From Chlamydiae bacterium RIFCSPHIGHO2_12_FULL_49_11 (GTDB taxonomy: Bacteria > Chlamydiota > Chlamydiia > Chlamydiales > 2-12-FULL-49-11): a DNA stretch of 19,794 bases. A program made the position numbers and the translations under genes. Positions 1 to 7,478 of the stretch are shown piece after piece; within the stretch, counting starts at the first letter, position 1, and each line of letters starts with the position of its first letter. The stretch lies in contig MGLW01000031.1 in assembly GCA_001794905.1 (NCBI GenBank), forward strand, positions 19,481 to 39,274, given 5' to 3'. The notes beneath the pieces are model-generated. The model was not told the origin of the DNA and did not search any database. It was given only the letters and a program-made list of their open reading frames with translations.

Positions 1-2888
1 TCCCGCGGCGTTTGCATGTTATGATTGTGAATCACGAGCGACTCGTAGGCTCCGTTATACAGCAGCAGTTGAACTGTCTCCACAGTGCCTTTAAACTTCT
101 CATTTTTATAAAGAGCATGATGGAGAGGCGTTCCGTATCGAAATCCGGTTGCATCGCAATTGATTTCACGAAAAGCACCCGCTTGCAAAAGAAGGGGCAA
201 AACCGCATGATTGCAAACCACGGCACACACTTGTAAAGGAGAAAATCCGGAACGATCCAGGCAATGTACGTCAGCGCCATGTTCAAGCAATAATTGGATC
301 ACCCTGGGCGGGCTTCTCATAGAACAATACAAGGCGGTCCTACCCTCAGGATTCCTGCGCTCATTGATTTCCAGTCCTGCTCCATGTGCAAGAAGAAGCT
401 CCACTTTTTCAGTGACGGTTGCTTTCATTTTCCTTTGCCATTCTTTCGAATTTTCTAAATCAGCATAACAAAGAAGCTGAAGAGGGGTAAGGTAATCGGG
501 AGGTGCAGTATGGAGATGAACGAGAGCGTCTATTTCCTTACGTGTGAGAAGGAGCTTCACATTCGAAGCGCAGGCGTAACGCATAGCGTAATGGAGAGCA
601 TTCCACCCGTCGTTGCATGTGATATTTAAATCAGCGCCACGCTCTAAAAAGCGTGATATAAGACTACTGTCATCGTTTTTAATTACAGACAGAAAGGGGG
701 TCATACCCTTTTCATCTTGAATATTAATGGAAGTTTCAGCCCCGCGATCAAGCAATATCTTTACGAGCATGAAATGATCCCAAGAGGACGCCGCAAAGCG
801 CAAGAGAGTTTTTCCCTTTCCGCCCCTTTCTTTATTTATTCCGGAAGGCGGAACAAGGGGAAGTAGCTTCATAATATAGTTAAAAAGATTTTTTTCGGAG
901 GCCTCTTGGATAACCCTATCTAAAACATCTTCTTCGATTTCCTCCGGCCCGATCGCCTCAAGCATCATCTTAACGAGTGGATCTGTAACGGATTGGATAT
1001 AGGTTTCTCCCCTTTGATTTTGTAGGGAAGGATCAGCACCCCGTCTCAGGAGCAGCTGAACGATTTCAAAATTGCCTTGCTCGGCAGCCTCATGCAAAAC
1101 AGTATTCTGTTCCCCATCCTCAAGAAGATGGTTCAGCTCCTCAAGATGGCAAAAGGGAATAAAAGACCGAAGCAATTCCACATTAGCCATCCGAATGATA
1201 TATCTTAAAGTTTTTATTTTCCTTTCCGAGTCGAAACTAACGGGACTGTCTGCAAGCACGAGCAATTCTTTTAAAAGAAAACCTTCTGATAGTGTCAGTG
1301 CCACATCGACCAAAGTCCCCCTTCTTTGGGAATTAACGTCATTTACTTTTTCCGCTTCTGCCCTTGAGACATGTTTAATAAGCTGAGCACAAATGTCATA
1401 TCTATCATGAAATGCAGCGAGGTGAAACGGTGTCATTCCTTGCGCATCTTCGATACTCTCATATTTGGCATAGTTTAAGAGAACTGACATCATCATGGTA
1501 CTGCCTTGCCGGACAGCGTAATGAAAAGGGGTGTTTCCATCGGCATTGCGATGATTTACCGAACGATGACCTCCTGATGTCAATACGAGTTGTACCATTT
1601 TCCAATCGCAATAATAGGTAGCCAGGTGCAAGGGAGTCCAACCGAACCGATTGGAATAGCCTATTACGGAAGAGGCCCCGAGCCCGAGCAGATGGCGTGT
1701 AAGAAGACGCAACTGACACCTTATGGCCGTGAACAAAACCGGATCATGGGTATCGGATGCGAAAGTGAGAGCTGCCACGTCTCCATACCGGAGCACGAGA
1801 TCGCAAATTTTTATTTGAGTCTCTTCACTCACCGATTTCGGGCAATTTCGGATGACAAAGAGCAGGGTTTTTACCGTTTCCTGCAAGGATAGCTTTCCTT
1901 GCTTTTCGAGATAGTTTTGAATATTTTCCGGATTGCCGAATAGAATTGCTATCTGCAGCCAAACCAGATTTGACGCATCGGGGCTCGGCAAGGTTTTTGC
2001 CACAAGCGCTCTTTCTGCAATACTATAAAAATCAATGAGGAGCATAGCGATGGGGAGTGCGCCTCTCCGAACAGCCATGCCCAGCGGAGATTCCCTTCCA
2101 TTAACACATACAGGCACTGCTTTTGCCTCTCTCAAGAGACACTCGACCATTTCAGTCGATCCGGTCAATACGGCCGCATGAAAGGGAGTAAAGCCGGAAT
2201 CGGAAGAAGCGAGGATCATTGTTTTTGCTCCCGCGGCAAGCATCGTTTTGACTAACCCGAGATTGCCGAGCCGGACTGCGTACAATAGGGCAAACTCGTT
2301 CCGTCCGTTCCGTGCATTGATATCGGCTCCATTTTCGAGGAGCAGCTGTACGCGCCGCTGCACTTCTTGCGGGGACTTTGCGAGTATCATATGAGAAACG
2401 AGGGCAATGAGTGGAGTTGCCCCATTTTTCCCACCCTGCGCATTGATCCCTTTCCCCGCCCCGTTTTTGAGGAGAAGCTCCATCATCTCGTAGGAAGAAT
2501 AGAAAACGGCGTAATGGAGCGGTGTTTCCCCGTCCTCTTTCGCTCCGGCAGCAGTCGCCCCATGAGCAATCAGCAGCCTCACAATCTCGATATTATCCTG
2601 CTTTACCGCAACATGCACCAAGGACTCGCCCCTCGCATTTTTCATCTCTCCGACCGTCCCGGACCGCTTCAAGAGAAGCGCTACCATAGCAGCACCCCTT
2701 TTCTCGACCGCAATCCATAGCAGCGAACTACACTCCTCCTGTAACAGCGAAGCCGCTCCCTCTTGCAAGAGCTGTGCCGCTTTTTCTACCTGCCCCTCCC
2801 TGACTGCCTGAAACAACTCTTCCTTTTGATTATCAGTTACTTGATATAATCCCACACCCGATGAAGCAGCTCTATTGATTCTTTCCAC
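1..2888 (-). CDS. Large ankyrin-repeat protein (>=962 aa, 3' end beyond the window); candidate host-targeted effector
   Basis: Translated by hand on the minus strand: open from GTG at 2888 (GGAG at 2898-2895; alternative in-frame ATG at 2906) to the window edge with no stop. It has many ankyrin motifs, e.g. GETPLHYAV, GFTPFHAAV, GWTPLHLAT, GNTPFHYAV, NTVLHEAAEQGNFEIVQLLLRRGADPSL, GWNALHYAM and GTPLHHAL. It is absent from the ORF track, probably because it has no stop inside the window. Confidence 0.93.
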   Translation of the reverse strand, partial: MERINRAASSGVGLYQVTDNQKEELFQAVREGQVEKAAQLLQEGAASLLQEECSSLLWIAVEKRGAAMVALLLKRSGTVGEMKNARGESLVHVAVKQDNIEIVRLLIAHGATAAGAKEDGETPLHYAVFYSSYEMMELLLKNGAGKGINAQGGKNGATPLIALVSHMILAKSPQEVQRRVQLLLENGADINARNGRNEFALLYAVRLGNLGLVKTMLAAGAKTMILASSDSGFTPFHAAVLTGSTEMVECLLREAKAVPVCVNGRESPLGMAVRRGALPIAMLLIDFYSIAERALVAKTLPSPDASNLVWLQIAILFGNPENIQNYLEKQGKLSLQETVKTLLFVIRNCPKSVSEETQIKICDLVLRYGDVAALTFASDTHDPVLFTAIRCQLRLLTRHLLGLGASSVIGYSNRFGWTPLHLATYYCDWKMVQLVLTSGGHRSVNHRNADGNTPFHYAVRQGSTMMMSVLLNYAKYESIEDAQGMTPFHLAAFHDRYDICAQLIKHVSRAEAEKVNDVNSQRRGTLVDVALTLSEGFLLKELLVLADSPVSFDSERKIKTLRYIIRMANVELLRSFIPFCHLEELNHLLEDGEQNTVLHEAAEQGNFEIVQLLLRRGADPSLQNQRGETYIQSVTDPLVKMMLEAIGPEEIEEDVLDRVIQEASEKNLFNYIMKLLPLVPPSGINKERGGKGKTLLRFAASSWDHFMLVKILLDRGAETSINIQDEKGMTPFLSVIKNDDSSLISRFLERGADLNITCNDGWNALHYAMRYACASNVKLLLTRKEIDALVHLHTAPPDYLTPLQLLCYADLENSKEWQRKMKATVTEKVELLLAHGAGLEINERRNPEGRTALYCSMRSPPRVIQLLLEHGADVHCLDRSGFSPLQVCAVVCNHAVLPLLLQAGAFREINCDATGFRYGTPLHHALYKNEKFKGTVETVQLLLYNGAYESLVIHNHNMQTPR

Positions 2889-2914
2889 AAAATTCTCCAC
2901 GAACATTAGCAATT

Positions 2915-2943
2915 ATTATAATTAAAAATTAGATTATTGTCAA
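2915..2943 (-). promoter_or_regulatory. Perfect-consensus sigma70/sigma66 promoter of the ankyrin gene
   Basis: The minus strand reads TTGACA (2943-2938), a 17-nt spacer, then TATAAT (2920-2915), just upstream of the RBS and GTG start. Confidence 0.85.
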
Positions 2944-2957
2944 ATCTTGAGAGGATT

Positions 2958-3031
2958 GCCTGTGTTTCCTAAATCAAAATGACTACCCACGCCCGAATGT
3001 CCTTTCGGACATCGTGCGAAGCCAGTACAGG
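2958..3031 (+). repeat. Direct repeat copy 1: IS903-like terminal sequence plus hairpin (MITE/IS end)
   Basis: 2960-3031 matches 5634-5705 at 70/72 nt. It contains the hairpin ATGTCC-TTTC-GGACAT and begins GCCTGTGTTTCCTAAATC. Confidence 0.85.
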
Positions 3032-3281
3032 ATCGAGTAGGAGGGGGTGATTAGCCCCCGTCCTCTCACACCACCGTACGTACGGGACCGTATACGGCGG
3101 TTCATGATCACTATGACCTAGTGTTTACCATAAGTTTATCGAAATCATCGAGCATGATATTCGATAGCAGGGGTGATAACGGTTCTCCTTGTGGAGTCCC
3201 TTCGTCTGTCGGTCTGATAAGTCCGTCTTCCATGACTCCTGCTTGGAGGTATCTCCTTATCAGAATATGATCGGGAAACAT
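3032..3281 (-). mobile_element. Class IIC group II intron remnant (domains V-VI and 3' splice end, plus an RT fragment)
   Basis: The minus strand reads GAACCGCCGTATACGGTCCCGTACGTACGGTGGTGT (short DV with CGC triad, ~3103-3068). It continues GAGAGGACGGGGGCTAATCACCCCCTCCTACTCGAT (DVI with bulged A and the typical CTACTCGAT end at 3032). No 5' GTGCG end or DI-DIII was seen. Confidence 0.92.
3111..3281 (-). pseudogene. ltrA: Fragment of a group II intron reverse transcriptase/maturase
   Basis: Translates as ...ILIRRYLQAGVMEDGLIRPTDEGTPQGEPLSPLLSNIMLDDFDK-LMVNTRS*. This is the RT3-RT4 region (GTPQG motif) fused directly to what looks like the ORF end; YADD and the thumb/X domain are missing. Confidence 0.88.
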
Positions 3282-3343
3282 GAAAAAAATCTCTTTGCAA
3301 AAACATTACTTTTTTTTAATATGCCATTTTAAAGAGGTCGAAG

Positions 3344-5182
3344 ATGAAAAAGGCGATTGTTTTTCTATTTGCAACCGCTTTGCATGCCGTGAGCTATAAA
3401 ATGCCCATTTTTGAATATGATAACCGAAATAACATTATCGGTTATACGTTCCCAAGCATGATGCATGTTGCTGTCTTGCACGACATGGATAAAAACATTA
3501 TCGGTTTTCAATCTTCAGACGGCACGATCCATTATGAATATCGCTACAAAAATGGCTTCATTGCCTATGCAATTGATCATGTGAATAATATACATATTCA
3601 CCGCACACGCACTCTTGACGGTAAACTCGTGAGTGAAACAATCAAAAATCATTCCTATTTGCATTTGCATCGCAATGAGGACGGCCTCCTGATCTCTCTT
3701 TCCCCATACTTTCGCCTTCACTATACACAATCTGATCATCAGACCACCGTTCGGCTCCTTGACGCTCAGGGAAATGGTATTTGCACCGAATCATTTTCAA
3801 ATTTTATTAAGCCCGAAATACCTAGAGAAAATAATTTAGACATTCTGTTCACTTCTGATGGAAATCCTAAAGAGTCTATCGTCAATGAGTACAATGAGCT
3901 TATCGAATTTAACGATATTCACTGTGATTATGATGTCAATGGCAATATTATCAAAAAAGAGTCACCTTCGGGGACATGGCAGTATAAATACGATGCATTG
4001 AATCGACTTATTGAGGCCGGAAAAGACGAATACAAAGTTACCTTTCTCTATGATCCATTTGGACGGCGTTTAAAAAAGAATGTGTACAAAAATGGCTGTT
4101 TACTAGCACAAGAAAACTACCTCTACTTGCAGAATCATGAAATTGGAGCATACGATCAGAATCAAAGACTTATTGAGATTCGTGTTCCGAAAGATCCTTT
4201 GCACCCAAATCAATTCATTCCCGCTTTTATGCGTCTCAAAGATGGGCATTGTTATCGATGTACGGTGGATCAACTTGCGAGGGTAATAAAACTTTCCGAT
4301 ATGCATTTTGATCAAAAATATGACTTTGAAATCACTCCATTTGGCAAAAAAAGCACAAGCAATCTGTTGAAATGCTCCTGGATGTTTTCAGGTAAGCGAG
4401 AAGATGTGGAAACCGGCCTTGTTTACTTTGGCACGAGATATTATGATCCCGAAATTCTACGTTGGACAACTATCGATCCAGCCGGCAAGCTTAATGGACC
4501 GAACCTTTACGCGTATGCCGGTTGCGACCCTTTGAAATACGTAGACCTAGATGGACGATTTGCACTCCCTCTTCTAACGCTTACATGGGGAGCCGGCGTA
4601 ACAATCTCGTTACCTGTAACGGCGGCAATTGCAGGCGGACTTGCTGCGGGCTGGATATTGAAACAAGGTTATGACTGGTATCAAACTAATCACAATCACG
4701 CCAAAACTAAAAATCACAACTCTTCCCATGACTACGTGGAATTACACCATCCCATACCAGATTCTTTTATTTTTAGTCCTTTGGTAGATCAATTTATTGA
4801 TCAGAGCCTAAACTCACTGAACGACCAATTTCGAATTGCATCCTATAGTTCCACCAATGTAAATCACACATATGAAAGAAGTAAAACAGGAAGCACCGAC
4901 TCGGACTTGCCAAAAAATGTAAAAGAATTAGAAAGAAATCCTGAGTGGGAAAATATTACTCATCCCGAAGCAGAAAAAAAAGGTCGAAGTAAGTTCAAAA
5001 ATAAAAGGACAGGAATTGTCTTGGAGCATGATGAAGCCAAGCCCAACGGGAAGGGGCACCAGGGACGCGATCATTTTCACAAACCAAACCCAAATAAAAC
5101 AGGCAATCATGATGAATATTTAGATGGGAAAGGAAATCCTGTCTCAAAAAATAGCGATGCCTATCATGTGTATCCGGAATAA
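3344..5182 (+). CDS. Rhs/YD-repeat polymorphic toxin with an N-terminal signal peptide and a His-rich C-terminal toxin domain
   Basis: YD repeats (YDVNGN, YKYDALNRL, YDPFGRR) and the Rhs core end GLVYFGTRYYDPEILRWTTIDPAG..NLYAYAGCDPLKYVDLDG. A hydrophobic segment and a ~100-aa basic His-containing tip follow. The start MKKAIVFLFATALHA looks like a signal peptide; GAGG RBS. Confidence 0.92.
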   Translation: MKKAIVFLFATALHAVSYKMPIFEYDNRNNIIGYTFPSMMHVAVLHDMDKNIIGFQSSDGTIHYEYRYKNGFIAYAIDHVNNIHIHRTRTLDGKLVSETIKNHSYLHLHRNEDGLLISLSPYFRLHYTQSDHQTTVRLLDAQGNGICTESFSNFIKPEIPRENNLDILFTSDGNPKESIVNEYNELIEFNDIHCDYDVNGNIIKKESPSGTWQYKYDALNRLIEAGKDEYKVTFLYDPFGRRLKKNVYKNGCLLAQENYLYLQNHEIGAYDQNQRLIEIRVPKDPLHPNQFIPAFMRLKDGHCYRCTVDQLARVIKLSDMHFDQKYDFEITPFGKKSTSNLLKCSWMFSGKREDVETGLVYFGTRYYDPEILRWTTIDPAGKLNGPNLYAYAGCDPLKYVDLDGRFALPLLTLTWGAGVTISLPVTAAIAGGLAAGWILKQGYDWYQTNHNHAKTKNHNSSHDYVELHHPIPDSFIFSPLVDQFIDQSLNSLNDQFRIASYSSTNVNHTYERSKTGSTDSDLPKNVKELERNPEWENITHPEAEKKGRSKFKNKRTGIVLEHDEAKPNGKGHQGRDHFHKPNPNKTGNHDEYLDGKGNPVSKNSDAYHVYPE

Positions 5183-5187
5183 TTCTT

Positions 5188-5613
5188 ATGCAAATGGACA
5201 TTAAAATAATCAAGAGATTAATTCACTATTTTCATGATGGTACGATTTTGGATGTTGCTCATGCAGAAGATCAGGCCATTTTTTCACTTGAAAGTTCGGA
5301 AATTACTGATTCAAGATTGCTTAAGAAATATTCTTTATCAAAATGCAATACAATACGAGGCAAACTACATGTCACTGGAATTTGCGAAATACTTCTTAAT
5401 CAAAAACGATTCACGGGGACTTTACATAATTTAAGGGATGTCGGCAACATCTTCGATTTATGCTTTGAGAGAAGAAAAGTAATAATATTTGTCGATTGGT
5501 ATAATCATCCTCCTAAGCAATCTGAGGAAACTGATATGTTTAAGTACGAAATCACCGCAAAAAAGATAGCATGGGAACACTTACCAAATTTAATAGATCC
5601 ATTTGACCATTAA
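5188..5613 (+). CDS. Cognate immunity protein, Imm50-like
   Basis: A 141-aa ORF starting 5 nt after the Rhs stop. Its N-terminal FHDGTI resembles the FHDxxI motif of immunity-50 proteins (family assigned from memory of the motif). Confidence 0.72.
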   Translation: MQMDIKIIKRLIHYFHDGTILDVAHAEDQAIFSLESSEITDSRLLKKYSLSKCNTIRGKLHVTGICEILLNQKRFTGTLHNLRDVGNIFDLCFERRKVIIFVDWYNHPPKQSEETDMFKYEITAKKIAWEHLPNLIDPFDH

Positions 5614-5631
5614 GCAAAGATAACCCCGTAC

Positions 5632-5705
5632 GGCTGTGTTTCCTAAATCAAATTGACTGCCCACGCCCGAATGTCCTTTCGGACATCGTGCGAAGCCAGT
5701 ACAGG
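5632..5705 (+). repeat. Direct repeat copy 2: IS903-like terminal sequence plus hairpin
   Basis: GGCTGTGTTTCCTAAATC matches the IS903 terminal IR (GGCTTTGTTGAATAAATC) at 14/18 nt. The repeat is 70/72 identical to copy 1. Confidence 0.85.
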
Positions 5706-5729
5706 GGCAGATGATCTTGATCATCAAAA

Positions 5730-6294
5730 ATGTTTCTTGATCATAAATCCACCATAAATTATTTTGAAACCAATGTTTTTGAAAAGTATAGTTTTTTACT
5801 TGCATTCGCCATTCATTTGGATAGGGATGACCGCATTCTATGTGAGAGCATATCCCGAGACTATTTGTCGTTTTCAACAATGTCGAAGCCATTGACTTTC
5901 ACAACCGTGCGAGAGGCAAGAATGGCTTTAGAATTTTTGCAAACACACACGCAAGAAGAGATTTTTAATGATCCAATTTTTAAGGAATTAGACGTATTAT
6001 TTTTCAAAATCGTCCGGAAATTTCCGGAGAATTTGATCGTATATGTGAGTGAAAGCCAAGCAAGTCGAAGTGAAGCTGAACTTGAAAAAAGCATTAAAAA
6101 TTTTGGATTAGGGTGCGTTTGCTTCATCAGGAGATGCACTAGGTACTGTCGGAGCCGGTATTGCAGCATATGGCGCTTTTAGTTCTGCTAAAGAGCATTT
6201 CGATAATGCTTGTCAAGAAGCACAAGCCGAGCGTAATCAAGATAGATAATCAAATCATGTAGAACAACATGCGAATTCAGAAAGGGAGTATTAA
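5730..6294 (+). pseudogene. Frameshifted hypothetical, possibly an orphan toxin C-terminus
   Basis: ORF 5730-6182 shifts near 6111 into the +1 frame, which reads GAFASSGDALGTVGAGIAAYGAFSSAKEHFDNACQEAQAERNQDR*SNHVEQHANSEREY*. That frame has an internal TAA at 6247-6249 and a final TAA at 6292-6294, 2 nt before the next ATG. Confidence 0.55.
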
Positions 6295-6296
6295 CT

Positions 6297-6644
6297 ATGC
6301 CATCAAGTCTTTTTTCGTTCGGAATTATGTGGTTATTAGTTACTTCTGCTGGCTGCCTATTAGGCTTTAGAAAAAGTTATTTGCGAAAAAAAATTGACCT
6401 TAAGAGTCTTGGTTGGGCTTTGATGATAGTTATTTTCTTGGGATATTTGGCATTGCATTCTTTACATATGCATGAGTCGATTGCCTGGTACGGTTCTTTT
6501 TCTTTGTATTTTAACTTGTTCGTATTTGCATACCAATGGTTGATCAACTATCTGGAATCGAGAAAAACGCAAGACATTATTTTGTCGATTTTCTGCTTTA
6601 TTGCTTTTCTTTTCGCCTTTTACGTCCGCTTGTTGAAATATTAG
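6297..6644 (+). CDS. Small integral membrane protein (~4 TM), possible immunity protein
   Basis: 115 aa with four hydrophobic stretches, an AGGGAG RBS at 6283-6288, and a position directly after the decayed ORF. Confidence 0.7.
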   Translation: MPSSLFSFGIMWLLVTSAGCLLGFRKSYLRKKIDLKSLGWALMIVIFLGYLALHSLHMHESIAWYGSFSLYFNLFVFAYQWLINYLESRKTQDIILSIFCFIAFLFAFYVRLLKY

Positions 6645-6700
6645 CGAAAGGCCGGCTTATGTCTTGTTATCAATCAACCATTTTGTGTAAAACGAACTCA

Positions 6701-6855
6701 GGCTGCATTTCCTAAATCAAAGTGACTGACTTATCAATAGTTACTCAAAACGACGCCGGATAGGGTACTTTTGTGAGGAATCAGTTCATTAAAAAGCGAG
6801 GGGAGCCAACCGGCTGCCCCCCGCTTCGTTACAAAAGCACCATGTCATATTGATT
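6701..6855 (+). repeat. Repeat copy 3 (partial, IS903-like end) followed by a nested inverted-repeat, MITE-like segment
   Basis: 6701-6728 matches copy 2 at 25/28 nt. GGTACTTTTGTGAGGAA then pairs with TTCGTTACAAAAGCACC (14/17) around the hairpin AAGCGAGGGAGCC-AACC-GGCTGCCCCCCGCTT. Confidence 0.65.
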
Positions 6856-6889
6856 ATTAGCTACTTACAACTCTTTCCCGCTCAACCCA

Positions 6890-6918
6890 TTGTATTTAAT
6901 TAAAAATAATGTTATAAT
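6890..6918 (+). promoter_or_regulatory. Sigma70/sigma66 promoter with extended -10
   Basis: TTGTAT (6890-6895), a 17-nt spacer, then TATAAT (6913-6918) preceded by TGn; lies upstream of the ATG at 6952. Confidence 0.7.
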
Positions 6919-6951
6919 TAAAGAAATGCAATCATAATAAAAGGCACCATT

Positions 6952-7473
6952 ATGGCATCCAACATACCATTGGGTGAAGGGTTACTAATCACCGACTCGA
7001 GCAATCGTGCATATCGAGTGACGGCGACGTTGAACAACAAACCGGTGAATCTGGGGACCTTCAAGGACAACGATCCTCGCATCAAGAAGCTGGTCGAAGC
7101 TGCTCTCCGTGCCGACCCCGGCGCTTCCACCTACACCCTAACCGCCCACACCATCACCGCCAACAATCATACCTCCACCCCGACAACCTCCGACTATTCC
7201 GAAACTTGGACAAAAGTAGAACATGAAATTCCAAAAGAAGATAAAACAACTTCTGACTCGCCCGAACCATCAACCGTCCCTACTCAAGACACAGTCTCCA
7301 AAGATCTGCTATTCAGCCGTCCACTCATTCCTGCAGATTCTGTATTACAGCAAATGAAACAAACTGAGAATGAAGTAAAAAAAACCAAAACTACCCAAGA
7401 AAAGAAACGAGGCTTTGACGAAATCGAAAGAGTCAGAAGAAACATACAACTGCCTAAAAAAAAGACAGAATAA
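6952..7473 (+). CDS. Hypothetical Thr/Ser/Pro-rich protein with a charged C-terminus (possibly truncated)
   Basis: A 173-aa ORF with its own promoter, a low-complexity middle and a Lys/Glu-rich end. No family recognised. Confidence 0.7.
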   Translation: MASNIPLGEGLLITDSSNRAYRVTATLNNKPVNLGTFKDNDPRIKKLVEAALRADPGASTYTLTAHTITANNHTSTPTTSDYSETWTKVEHEIPKEDKTTSDSPEPSTVPTQDTVSKDLLFSRPLIPADSVLQQMKQTENEVKKTKTTQEKKRGFDEIERVRRNIQLPKKKTE

Positions 7474-7478
7474 AGTTT

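Noticed and set aside
12-2720. Several short ORFs in the track (12-236, 211-468, 1072-1386, 1590-1892, 2367-2720 and others)
   Set aside because: All are antisense or out-of-frame shadows of the continuous ankyrin gene.
3111-3281. RT fragment as a DGR or retron component
   Set aside because: It is directly followed by group II intron DV/DVI and lacks YADD. No template/variable repeat pair or msr-msd was found.
3295-3322. Possible Rhs promoter TTGCAA-16-TAATAT with a T8 tract in the spacer
   Set aside because: A weak match in AT-rich DNA; the homopolymer is too short to argue for phase variation without read data.
5590-5892. 100-aa minus-strand ORF
   Set aside because: It runs across the non-coding repeat and antisense to its neighbours; likely spurious.
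2958-6728. Repeats as a CRISPR array or integron attC sites
   Set aside because: Spacing is kilobases and there are no cas genes. No RYYYAAC/GTTRRRY boxes or integrase were seen, and the ends fit an IS903-type terminus better.
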